Source of the DNA: an uncultured virus (IMG/VR IMGVR_UViG_3300027747_002957)
Taxonomy: Duplodnaviria; Heunggongvirae; Uroviricota; Caudoviricetes
DNA: 64,000 bases
Direction: 5' to 3' (one strand)
IMG/VR virus record: IMGVR_UViG_3300027747_002957
How positions within the stretch are numbered: the stretch's first letter is position 1; every line of letters starts with the position of its first letter. The notes beneath the pieces were generated by a model, which ran no database searches, was not told the DNA's origin, and saw only the letters and a list, made by a program, of their open reading frames with translations. This document shows positions 28,494-38,420 of the stretch, piece after piece. A program made the position numbers and the translations under genes.

Positions 28494-31400
28494 ATGACTG
28501 ATTTCCTACCCGGCTCTATGTTCAGCGCTACGGCCAATCTCATCACGAGCGGCCAGCTCACGGGTGGCAATGTCTCAGCCAGTGGCAACGTCAGCGCTGT
28601 AAACACCATACTAAGTGGGGCACTATACTTCAGCGATGGCAGCAGCATCACCAGTGCTACTAATGCGTTGGCAGTGTTTGACTACACAGGCAACGGCGTG
28701 CAGACATCATTTGCCACCGGCAACTACAGCGGAACCACTGCTCAGACCAACGTCTACATACAGGGCGTGTATCAGAGAAAGAACCAGTACAACTGGGTTG
28801 GCAGCAACATAGTGTTTGGCCAAGCGCCACCTGTGGGCACTGCCATAGAGATCATAATCAACACCTTCGTGAGCCAGATCAACGTGCCAGCAGGCGGATC
28901 TGTGACGCCCAGCAGTCTCAGCACTGGTGGACCCAGCTGGGATCAGGGCGGTAACCTATTAGTGTTTGGCAATCTTGTCACCACCACTGGTGCCACGTTC
29001 AATGCCAACGTGCTGATCAACAGCAACATCACAGTAACTGGCAATGCCAACGTGGCCAATCTCAACAGCAAGACAGTTACAGTTAGCAATGCTGTGGTGT
29101 TCAGCGATGGCAGCAGCATTACCTCAGCCAGCAATGCTGTGCAGATATTTGACTACACAGGTGATGGCAACCAGACCACCTTCAGCACAGCGCCCTACAG
29201 CGCGACCAGCACCTATGCTACCAACGTGTACCTGCAGGGGGTGTATCAGCGCAAAGGCACATATAGCTGGACAGGTACCAACATCATATTCAGCGTGGCG
29301 CCACCACTGGGCACAGCCATTGAAATCAATCTCAACACCTACACCACGGGCGTGATCACTCCGCAGGCCGGTTCGGTGTATCCTGTGAGCCTCAGCACCG
29401 GTGGACCCAGCTGGGACGCCGGCGGCAACGTCAAGGTAACCAGCAATCTCACGGTGGGCAACAACCTCACTGTGAGCGGCAAGACTGTCATGGGCAACGT
29501 GGTAGCCAGCACGCTAAACATGGGATCTGGCGGAATTTTCTTCAGTGATGGCAGTAGCTTAACCAGCGTGACCAGCGCTATCACTGTCATAGACTATACC
29601 GGCGACGGTGTTACTACTAGCTTCAGCACCGGTAACTACACAGCTACTAGCACACTCAACACCAACGTGTACCTACAGGGCGTGTATCAGAGGAAGAACA
29701 CCTACACCTGGACTGGCACGCAGCTGCAGTTCCTCAGCGCACCACCTAGCGGCACAGCCATAGAATTGGTGCTCAACACCTATGCCACAGGCATCATACT
29801 GCCCAACGATGGATCTGTCACACCCAGCAAGCTTAGCCTTGGTGGACCCACGTGGTATCCAAATGGCAACTTGGCAGTCTCTGGCAATCTGGTCGCAGGC
29901 AATGTCAGCACCACAGCACTGACCTTAGCAGGAACGCTGACCTTCGCAGACGGAAGCACGCTGGCCAGCGCACCAAACAACGTCACAGTGTTTGACTACA
30001 TAGGCAACGGTGCTGCCACCGTGTTTAGCACCTACCCGCTGGTGGCCACTACCAGCGTGAACACCAACATCTACATTCAGGGTGTGTATCAGAGGAAGAG
30101 CACCTACTCTTGGACTGGAACCAACATAACCTTTGCTGCTGCCCCGCCAGTGGGTGCTGCCATCGAAATCGTGGTCAACACCAACGCCAACAGCGTGAAC
30201 ATACCTGCCACTGGATCAGTGACTCCCACCAGCCTCAGCACTGGTGGACCAGCCTGGGACGCCACTGGTAACCTCACAGTGTCAGGCAATGTAACAGCTG
30301 AAAGCTATCAATTAGTACCTGGGGCCACTGTGACCGGCAACGGCCTCTTCCTGGGATCCACAGGCAACACCGTGATCATAGCTGCCAACGGCCAAGGTGC
30401 CTTGACAGTTGGTCCAAACGGCAACGTGGGTATAGGCACTCTAACCACTGGTACCAGCAACATATTAGCAGTGCAGGGCAATGCCTACGTGAGCGGCAAC
30501 GTCACGGTAGGCGGCAATCTGCAGATCATGGGCGCATGGGTCACCATGGGCAATGTCAGCATCAGCAACCTCCTAGCCAGCACAGTCACTGTGAGCAACG
30601 CCATCAACTTCAGCGACGGCAGCAGCCTCACCAGCGGAGCTACTAGCACCAGCCTGTTTGACTACACAGGCGACGGTTTAACGACTAGCTTTGCCACAGG
30701 CAACTACAGTGGTCTGACCATCAGCACCAGCGTGTATGTGCAGGGTGTCTATCAGCGCAAGAACCAATACAGCTGGGTGGGCAGCAACATCGTGTTCACC
30801 ACCCCACCGCCAGTTGGCACTGCTGTGGAGATCTTGGTCAGCAGTGCCACATTCAGCATAGGTGTGCCCAATGATCTGTCAGTGACACCTGCCAAGCTAA
30901 GCAATGGCGGGCCCAGCTGGGACGCAGGCGGCAACGTCAAGGTCACGGGCAATCTCACAGTAACTGGCAACATACGCAGCAGTGGCTTTACCACTCTGAG
31001 CAACACAGCAGTGACCACGCTAAATGTCAGCAGCGGGATCAACTTCAGCGACGGCAGCAGCCTCACTTCTGTGGCACAGGGCATCAGTGTATTTGACTAC
31101 ACTGGCGATGGAGTGACCACCAGTTTTGCCACTGGTAACTACAGTGCAACCAGCACGCTAAACACCAACATCTACCTACAGGGTGTGTATCAGCGCAAGA
31201 ACACCTACACGTGGACGGGCAGCACCATACAGTTTACACAGGCGCCACCTGTTGGCACTGCTATTGAAATACTGGTAAACACCTACACCACAGGCGTGAT
31301 AGTTCCCAACGCAGGTTCTGTGGTTCCCAACAGCCTCAGCACAGGTGGACCAGTCTGGGATGTGAATGGCAATCTAACCATAGGTGCCAACTTCTTCGCA

Positions 31401-32666
31401 GGTGCTGCAGCCACGCAGATACAGGGCAGCCAGAGCGACAGCGCAGCACGCCCTGGATATACCTGGCTCAACAACAGCACAACAGGTATGTACAGCCCTG
31501 GCACCAACACCATGGCATTCAGCACTGCGGGGTTGGAACGTGCTAGGATAGATGCCAGCGGCAACGTGGGCATAGGCACCAACAGCATCACTGCCGGCAA
31601 CAGGCTACAGGTACAAGGCGCTATCGCAGCAGCTGGCAGCATAACCACTGGTGGTACGATCACTGCCGCAGGCAACATCACCGTGGGCAACGTCAACACC
31701 AGCAGCGTGACGCTCACAGGCGCGCTGAACTTTGCCGATGGCAGCAGCTTAACATCTGTACCGAGTGCTGTGAGTGTGTTTGATTACACTGGTGATGGCG
31801 TGACCTCTGTGTTCCCCACAGGCAACTACACAGCTACCACCACGTTGAACACCAACATCTACCTACAGGGCGTGTATCAGAGGAAGAATACCTACACCTG
31901 GACAGGTACCAACATCACTTTCACGCAGCCACCACCAGTGGGTACTGCCATTGAAATAGTGGTCAACACCTACAGCACAGGCACTGCCATACCACCAGAC
32001 GGATCTGTGACTCCTGTCAAGCTCAGCACGGGTGGACCCACTTGGACTGCCAACAGCAACCTGCTGATAGGTACGTCAACTCTGCCGCGTGATGGTGCTA
32101 TAGCACTGAGCATTGCCAATCCTGGTGGTACCATAGCAGGCGTGTACAGCGGTGCTGGCATACAGATGCTGGTGGGCAACAACGGCGGTGCTGCCATACA
32201 GGCCACGCAGGGCGGCGGCTTGCAGTTCTGGAACGTGGGCGGCGCACAGGGTTCTGAGACTTACTTCGAGCCAATGATCATCAATGGCGTGGGCAACGTG
32301 GGCATCGGCACACAGCTGCCACTGACCACCTTCTATCTAAACGGCAGCGGTGCCAGCGTGATCAGCACCATCAACTATGCCACCACCATGACGCCCAATT
32401 TCAGCATAGCCAATAACTTTGCGATTACGTTAGGCGGTAACGGTGTGCTGGCCAATCCGCAGACAGTAATACCAGGACAGAGCGGCGTGGTGTATGTGGG
32501 ACAGGACAGCACTGGTTCGAGGACGCTGACATATGGCAGCTGGTGGAGGTTCCCAGGCGGTGTCACACCCACGCTGACCACCACGGCCAACGCAGTGGAT
32601 GCGCTGTTTTATACTGTGAGGACAGCTTCCAGCATCACGGTGAATGCCGTGCTGAACATAGCGTGA
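28494..32666 (+). CDS. Large fibre protein with seven tandem FDYTG...GVYQRK...GGPSWD modules
   Basis: TAAATA at 28448; seven module copies; C-terminal GQSGVVYVGQDSTGSRTLTY...PTLTTTANAVD domain. Confidence 0.8.
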   Translation: MTDFLPGSMFSATANLITSGQLTGGNVSASGNVSAVNTILSGALYFSDGSSITSATNALAVFDYTGNGVQTSFATGNYSGTTAQTNVYIQGVYQRKNQYNWVGSNIVFGQAPPVGTAIEIIINTFVSQINVPAGGSVTPSSLSTGGPSWDQGGNLLVFGNLVTTTGATFNANVLINSNITVTGNANVANLNSKTVTVSNAVVFSDGSSITSASNAVQIFDYTGDGNQTTFSTAPYSATSTYATNVYLQGVYQRKGTYSWTGTNIIFSVAPPLGTAIEINLNTYTTGVITPQAGSVYPVSLSTGGPSWDAGGNVKVTSNLTVGNNLTVSGKTVMGNVVASTLNMGSGGIFFSDGSSLTSVTSAITVIDYTGDGVTTSFSTGNYTATSTLNTNVYLQGVYQRKNTYTWTGTQLQFLSAPPSGTAIELVLNTYATGIILPNDGSVTPSKLSLGGPTWYPNGNLAVSGNLVAGNVSTTALTLAGTLTFADGSTLASAPNNVTVFDYIGNGAATVFSTYPLVATTSVNTNIYIQGVYQRKSTYSWTGTNITFAAAPPVGAAIEIVVNTNANSVNIPATGSVTPTSLSTGGPAWDATGNLTVSGNVTAESYQLVPGATVTGNGLFLGSTGNTVIIAANGQGALTVGPNGNVGIGTLTTGTSNILAVQGNAYVSGNVTVGGNLQIMGAWVTMGNVSISNLLASTVTVSNAINFSDGSSLTSGATSTSLFDYTGDGLTTSFATGNYSGLTISTSVYVQGVYQRKNQYSWVGSNIVFTTPPPVGTAVEILVSSATFSIGVPNDLSVTPAKLSNGGPSWDAGGNVKVTGNLTVTGNIRSSGFTTLSNTAVTTLNVSSGINFSDGSSLTSVAQGISVFDYTGDGVTTSFATGNYSATSTLNTNIYLQGVYQRKNTYTWTGSTIQFTQAPPVGTAIEILVNTYTTGVIVPNAGSVVPNSLSTGGPVWDVNGNLTIGANFFAGAAATQIQGSQSDSAARPGYTWLNNSTTGMYSPGTNTMAFSTAGLERARIDASGNVGIGTNSITAGNRLQVQGAIAAAGSITTGGTITAAGNITVGNVNTSSVTLTGALNFADGSSLTSVPSAVSVFDYTGDGVTSVFPTGNYTATTTLNTNIYLQGVYQRKNTYTWTGTNITFTQPPPVGTAIEIVVNTYSTGTAIPPDGSVTPVKLSTGGPTWTANSNLLIGTSTLPRDGAIALSIANPGGTIAGVYSGAGIQMLVGNNGGAAIQATQGGGLQFWNVGGAQGSETYFEPMIINGVGNVGIGTQLPLTTFYLNGSGASVISTINYATTMTPNFSIANNFAITLGGNGVLANPQTVIPGQSGVVYVGQDSTGSRTLTYGSWWRFPGGVTPTLTTTANAVDALFYTVRTASSITVNAVLNIA

Positions 32667-32674
32667 GGTAAGCC

Positions 32675-35600
32675 ATGGGATATGGAGCAGACATATCCGG
32701 TGGCATGATAGCCACAGGCACCACAGGCGCTTACAGCATCAATCGCAGCCTGAGATTAAGGCAGTCCGCCACCGGTTATCTAACTAGGACGTTTGGCACG
32801 CCAACCAACAACAAGATATGGACCTGGAGTGGGTGGATCAAGCGCGGTAGTTTAGCCTCGGGCTATTATAGGATCATGGCCAGCCTGACCAACGGCGACG
32901 AGGCATTCAGATTTAACAATGACGTTTTTCAAATGTTATTTAATGGAGCATCTAGTGGTAACTTGGTCACTACGCAGGTATTCCGAGATCCCAGTGCATG
33001 GTATCATTTCGTTGTGGCAGTTGATACCTCGCAGGCTACTGCTAGTAACAGGGTAAAGATATATGTTAATGGTTTACAAATCACATCATTCAGTACATCA
33101 ACCTATCCTTCGCAGAACTATAACACCAGCATCAATGCTGCGGGCACGAATTTTCTAGGTTACAATACCAGCGAAGACTTTGATGGGTACATGGCCGAAG
33201 TCAACTTCGTTGACGGACAACAGCTCACACCATTTGCGTTTGGTAACTTCAATCCCACCACAGGCGTGTGGGGTGCTAACAAATACATCGGCACTTATGG
33301 TAACAACGGTTTCTATCTGCCCTTCACTGACACCAGCGGCCTCACGCTGTTATCCAACACTGGTCTGGGCAGGGATTTCAGTGGTAACGGCAACTTCTGG
33401 GCCACGACCAACATCAGCTTGGCCACAGCCACCACCATCACCAGCTTCACCAGCACCGGAACTACCTCATGGACGGCACCAGCAGGGGTGACCAGCGTGA
33501 ACTATCTCGTGGTAGCAGGTGGCGGCGCCGGTGGTAACCACAACGGCGGCGGTGGTGGTGGTGGAGGCGTGTTACAAGGTAACGTGCCAGTGGTCCCTGG
33601 ACAGAGCTACACGGTTACCGTTGGAGCAGGCGGATCAGCACAGAGCGATCCATCTAATGGTGGTAACGGCGGCAACAGCCAGTTTGGCAACAACATCATA
33701 GCACTGGGCGGCGGGGGCGGAGCAGGACAGCTCACTGCCAGTGGCTTGCCCAACGGCAACAGCGGTGGTTCAGGTGGTGGCGGTGGTGGTGGCGAAAACA
33801 GCATAGTCGTTGGATCAAGCGGCGGTGCTGGCACCACAGGACAGGGTTTTGCAGGAGGTGGTCCTGGTCTGGAAGTAGCTGGCGTTTATACACAGCGAGC
33901 AGGCGGCGGAGGTGGCGGCGCGAGCCAAGCTGGAGTTGGTCCAGTCAATGCCTACAGCGGCGGCACCGGTGGCAATGGTGTGGTCAGCTACATATCTGGT
34001 ACCGGTGCGTATTATGGCGGTGGCGGTGGTGGCGGTTCACAGTGGGATCAGGGCACTGCTGTGGTAGGTGCTGGTGGTCTAGGCGGCGGCGGATCTGGAG
34101 CGGCAGTCAGCAATGCTTCTACGTCAGTTACCTATGTAGCCAGCACAGCAGGCACAACTAATACCGGCGGTGGTGGCGGGGCGCAGGGGCGCAGCGCCAA
34201 CAGCAGCGCCAGCGCAGGTGGCAGTGGCATAGTGATCCTGCAGTATACCACGTCTGGCTCCAGCACCACATACGATAGCATGCTGGACAGTCCAACACTG
34301 GCCAACGGTTCGACTGCCAACTATGCCACGCTCAATCCATTACAAAGGGTACTGATCAGCGGATCAACCTATACCTTGATTAACGGTAATTTAGATTGGA
34401 CATCGACCGGTGCAGCATTGGCATTCTATTCAACTATAGGTATGACCTCTGGAAAATACTATGCCGAATTCACAGCGACTACACCAAACATGATAGCCGG
34501 AGTCTGGGGCAACGGTAATGCTGGTATGTCGCTATCAGCATACCCAACCTACTACTGGGACATTGGTGCATATGGCGCCCCATTAGCTGTGGAGAAGACA
34601 TCAGGCACTGTCACGGGTCCAAGCGGTGCCATCAACATCAATGATATCTACGGCATAGCAGTTGATCTTGATAATGCAAACATCTATTTCTATAGGAACG
34701 GTGTGCTGAATGCCACCGTGACCGGTATGGTATGGGTTGGACCTTTGTATTTCATCATGGGGACGTGGACGTCTGGTGCCAACAGCAGTGGTTCAGTGAA
34801 TTTTGGCCAGCGACCATTTGTCTACTCGCTGCCCAGTGGATTTGATACACTCAATACATACAACCTTGCCAGCCCTACAATCCCTGCAGGCAACGTGGCA
34901 GTTAATGCCATAACCTTCAGCGGTGGCAGCAGCACACCTCCTGGTCTGGGACAGCTACCCAAGCGCACAGCCCTCACGCTGGCACCAGTAAACAGCCTAC
35001 GTTTGAGAAGCGGCAATTCGGGCTATCTTAATCGCACACCATTCACAGCCAGCAACACAAATACTTGGACTTTCAGTGCGTGGGTCAAACGCGGAACTAT
35101 CAGCAGCAGTGCCAGTTATGCGCTGCTCACCGCTGGATATCCCACTGCACCATGGCTCTATGTGGGATTTCAAAACGACAACATGTATCTCAGTTATACC
35201 GCAGGCGTGAACACATCAGGTCAGATTTTATCCAATGCTGTGCTGCGTGATGTCAGCCAATGGTATCATCTGGTATGGGCCATAGACACCACACAGGCTG
35301 TGACCAGCAACAGAGTTCAATTCTATGTGAACGGTCAGCAAGTAACCAGCTTCATACAAGCTTCTTATCCCTCACAGTACCAATCTCTGTTTGCCAACAA
35401 CACAGTGGGACATCAGATCGGTGGTTACACTGGTCAGTTCTATGACGGTTACATCAGCGAGGTCAACTTCGTGGATGGCCAGCAGCTGCTACCTTCAGCG
35501 TTCGGTACCACCAACACAGACGGTCAATGGGTGCCTATACCCTACATCGGAACCTATGGGATCAATGGATATAGACTGCCATTCACAGGCAATGTCACAT

Positions 35601-38371
35601 CTAGTTATGCTGGCAGCTTTGATGGCAGCACCACCTACATAACCAATAACTCTGCGGATCCCAATCTCAACCTGTCTCAGAACAACTTCACTGTGGAAGG
35701 TTGGTATTACAGCACCAATGTCAACAGCAACAATGCCCGCTACATGGTCTTCCAGCCAGGGCAGGCACTGGGAGCTGATATCAGCAACTCCAATAACACG
35801 GTCACAGTGTCTGGCACTCCGGCTTGGAGCCAGTTTTCACCATATGGTGCTAGTACCCAGGGTGGCAGCTTATACTTCAATGGTACCAATACCAGCTTAC
35901 AGAGCAACAGCAGCACGGGTAACTTCCTGTTTGGCAATGGCAACTTCACTGTGGAAGCTTGGATCTATCCTCTGAACATCACTGCCTATCAATACCTAGC
36001 CAGCGTCTGGGGTGTGATCGGCGGGCCTGGTGACAACGCACAGAGCTGCTGGCAGATAAGGATCAACACCAGCGGCAATCTCGAAGCTATTCTCAACAAT
36101 GGGTCGGCTAACACTACTTTGACTGGATCAACAGTGCTCACGTTGAGGCAGTGGCAACATGTGGCCTTGGTTCGCTATAACAATGTCATCACGCTGTTTG
36201 TGAACGGTGTGAACGTGGGCAGCACAGCATACACCTCAACTCTAAACAACGTGCCTACCACGCAGTTTGTCATAGGTCAGCAGCTGCCCAGCAGCTACTA
36301 TTTCAACGGTTATATGACCAATCTGCGCATTGTTAACGGCACTGCGCTCTACACTACACCTTGGTTTGTGCCGCCAACTGCAGCACTGCTGATTGTAAAC
36401 AGCACACAAACGGTGCTGCTTATGAACGTTGGTAGTGCAGGCGCTTATATCGCAGACAGCAGCAACTATGCCCAGTCCCTGACCATAAATGGTTCTTTGG
36501 TATTCGATCCGTCTAGCCCTTATAGCCCTGTGAACTTTGGCGGCAGTGCCTATCTGGACGGCAGTTCAGCCAACTTCAACGTGACCACGGTGTCAGCATT
36601 CCAATTAGCAACTGCCAACACCCCATTTACCATTGAATGCTGGGCATATCCTGTATCTACTCCCAGTGGCAGTGCTCTGATAGCTGCGGCTTGGCCTTCA
36701 TCTGGAAATATTCCATTTACCATAGCTTTCCTTAACAACCTTGCTGCCGGAGTCAGTGGTTCAAATCTCAGTGCTGGATGGTACAATGGTTCAGCCTGGC
36801 AGACGGTGATACAGACCACTACCAACCTCACGCTAAGGACCTGGAGCCACGTGGCACTGAGCTATGATGGGACAACCGCAAGGTTGTTCCTCAATGGCTC
36901 ACAGATAGGCAGTGCCACAGGTGCTTGGACCACAGCAGCCATACAAAATACCTTGTACGTTGGACGTCGCTGGGACTCTAACGCCAGTCCTTTCTTCAAC
37001 GGGTACATAACCAACGTGCGATTTGTGAATGGTATCAGCATGTATGGATCCAACTTCACACCACAGACCAACGCTGCGCTCACTGCCGTGCCCAACACGG
37101 TGCTGCTGATGAACACGACTAGCAACGGCAATACCTGGGGATTGATACCCAGTGCCAGCACTAACTTTGCACTGAACCTGTTTGGTGGATCGCCTTTCGC
37201 ATTCAACACAACCACCGTGAATAGTTCCATGAAGCTAAACGTGTGGCAGCACATAGCATTGGTGCGGCAGGGACAGGTTACCACGCTGTATGTGGATGGT
37301 GTGGCATCAGCCAGCACCGTCTACCCATGGTGGCCCAACAGCCCCACGCAATACTTTGTGGGAGGTATAACTGGTACATTTGCGGCTTATTTCACTGGAC
37401 AAATCAGCAACTTCCGCATCGTGCTGGGTTATGCCGTTTACACTAGCAATTTTATACCACAGACCAGCCCGCTGACTTCTATCCCAGGTACCTATGCGCT
37501 GACCTTGAACGCACTTGGTCTGCAGCAGCTGTACACTATTAACACTGCCGGCGGTGTTTATAACAGCGGCACCAACTCCTACAGCTTCACCTTCGTGCCT
37601 CCGGCCGGAGTGACCAGCGTGAGCGTGGTGGCAGTGGGCGGCGGCGGTGGCGGTAGCTTGACATGGAGCGGTGGCGGCGGTGGTGGTGGTGGCCTCGGAT
37701 GGAGGAACAGCATATCCGTGGTGCCAGGGCAGAGCTACACGGTGGTGGTTGGTGCTGGAGGTATAGCGCAAGGCAATGCTACCAGCGCTGCTGCTGCTGG
37801 GGGCACCAGCTATTTCATCAGCACGGCCACCGTGGCAGGCTATGGCGGCGGCCAGGGAGGATCGCATTCTACTTCTGCTGGCGGTGGCTACGGAGGCGGC
37901 TGGGTTGGTGACGGGGGTGGCCGCGGCGGTGATGGCGCATACAACGGTGCTTGGAACTATGCAGGCGGCGGCGCAGGCGGCTACACAGGCAACGGCGGCG
38001 ACGCGGCTAACTCGCAATCAAACGGCACAGCAGCACCTGCGGGCGGAGGCGGCAGCGCTGGCGGATACTACAGCAGCACGTATGGTCAACCCGGTGGTGG
38101 CGGCGTGGGTATCTTTGGCCAAGGTGCCAGTGGCGCAGCCACTGGCAATGGTTATTCAGGCGGCAATGGTGGTTCTGGTGGCGGCAACGGCTCTCCTGGA
38201 GAACCCTACAGCAGCACCAGCCAGAGCAACCTGATATACGGTGGTACCTACGGTGGCGGCGGCGGCGGATCTGGAACCAGCTTTGGCGGCGGTCCTGGCG
38301 GTCCCGGTGCTGTGCGCATAATCTGGGGCGGCGGTCGTGCATTCCCTGCTACCAACACAGCAGATCAGTGA
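32675..38371 (+). CDS. Large LamG/ConA-like, SPRY-like and Gly-rich adhesin/fibre protein (1898 aa)
   Basis: SLRL...WTxSxWxKRG...WYH twice, FTVExW...WxHxAL domains, GKYYAEF...NFGQ SPRY-like segment, and two Gly-rich domains. Confidence 0.75.
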   Translation: MGYGADISGGMIATGTTGAYSINRSLRLRQSATGYLTRTFGTPTNNKIWTWSGWIKRGSLASGYYRIMASLTNGDEAFRFNNDVFQMLFNGASSGNLVTTQVFRDPSAWYHFVVAVDTSQATASNRVKIYVNGLQITSFSTSTYPSQNYNTSINAAGTNFLGYNTSEDFDGYMAEVNFVDGQQLTPFAFGNFNPTTGVWGANKYIGTYGNNGFYLPFTDTSGLTLLSNTGLGRDFSGNGNFWATTNISLATATTITSFTSTGTTSWTAPAGVTSVNYLVVAGGGAGGNHNGGGGGGGGVLQGNVPVVPGQSYTVTVGAGGSAQSDPSNGGNGGNSQFGNNIIALGGGGGAGQLTASGLPNGNSGGSGGGGGGGENSIVVGSSGGAGTTGQGFAGGGPGLEVAGVYTQRAGGGGGGASQAGVGPVNAYSGGTGGNGVVSYISGTGAYYGGGGGGGSQWDQGTAVVGAGGLGGGGSGAAVSNASTSVTYVASTAGTTNTGGGGGAQGRSANSSASAGGSGIVILQYTTSGSSTTYDSMLDSPTLANGSTANYATLNPLQRVLISGSTYTLINGNLDWTSTGAALAFYSTIGMTSGKYYAEFTATTPNMIAGVWGNGNAGMSLSAYPTYYWDIGAYGAPLAVEKTSGTVTGPSGAININDIYGIAVDLDNANIYFYRNGVLNATVTGMVWVGPLYFIMGTWTSGANSSGSVNFGQRPFVYSLPSGFDTLNTYNLASPTIPAGNVAVNAITFSGGSSTPPGLGQLPKRTALTLAPVNSLRLRSGNSGYLNRTPFTASNTNTWTFSAWVKRGTISSSASYALLTAGYPTAPWLYVGFQNDNMYLSYTAGVNTSGQILSNAVLRDVSQWYHLVWAIDTTQAVTSNRVQFYVNGQQVTSFIQASYPSQYQSLFANNTVGHQIGGYTGQFYDGYISEVNFVDGQQLLPSAFGTTNTDGQWVPIPYIGTYGINGYRLPFTGNVTSSYAGSFDGSTTYITNNSADPNLNLSQNNFTVEGWYYSTNVNSNNARYMVFQPGQALGADISNSNNTVTVSGTPAWSQFSPYGASTQGGSLYFNGTNTSLQSNSSTGNFLFGNGNFTVEAWIYPLNITAYQYLASVWGVIGGPGDNAQSCWQIRINTSGNLEAILNNGSANTTLTGSTVLTLRQWQHVALVRYNNVITLFVNGVNVGSTAYTSTLNNVPTTQFVIGQQLPSSYYFNGYMTNLRIVNGTALYTTPWFVPPTAALLIVNSTQTVLLMNVGSAGAYIADSSNYAQSLTINGSLVFDPSSPYSPVNFGGSAYLDGSSANFNVTTVSAFQLATANTPFTIECWAYPVSTPSGSALIAAAWPSSGNIPFTIAFLNNLAAGVSGSNLSAGWYNGSAWQTVIQTTTNLTLRTWSHVALSYDGTTARLFLNGSQIGSATGAWTTAAIQNTLYVGRRWDSNASPFFNGYITNVRFVNGISMYGSNFTPQTNAALTAVPNTVLLMNTTSNGNTWGLIPSASTNFALNLFGGSPFAFNTTTVNSSMKLNVWQHIALVRQGQVTTLYVDGVASASTVYPWWPNSPTQYFVGGITGTFAAYFTGQISNFRIVLGYAVYTSNFIPQTSPLTSIPGTYALTLNALGLQQLYTINTAGGVYNSGTNSYSFTFVPPAGVTSVSVVAVGGGGGGSLTWSGGGGGGGGLGWRNSISVVPGQSYTVVVGAGGIAQGNATSAAAAGGTSYFISTATVAGYGGGQGGSHSTSAGGGYGGGWVGDGGGRGGDGAYNGAWNYAGGGAGGYTGNGGDAANSQSNGTAAPAGGGGSAGGYYSSTYGQPGGGGVGIFGQGASGAATGNGYSGGNGGSGGGNGSPGEPYSSTSQSNLIYGGTYGGGGGGSGTSFGGGPGGPGAVRIIWGGGRAFPATNTADQ

Positions 38372-38420
38372 TCGGCCATGACAGTAAATAACAGCAGCCA
38401 GTCGCAGATGGAGATACAAT

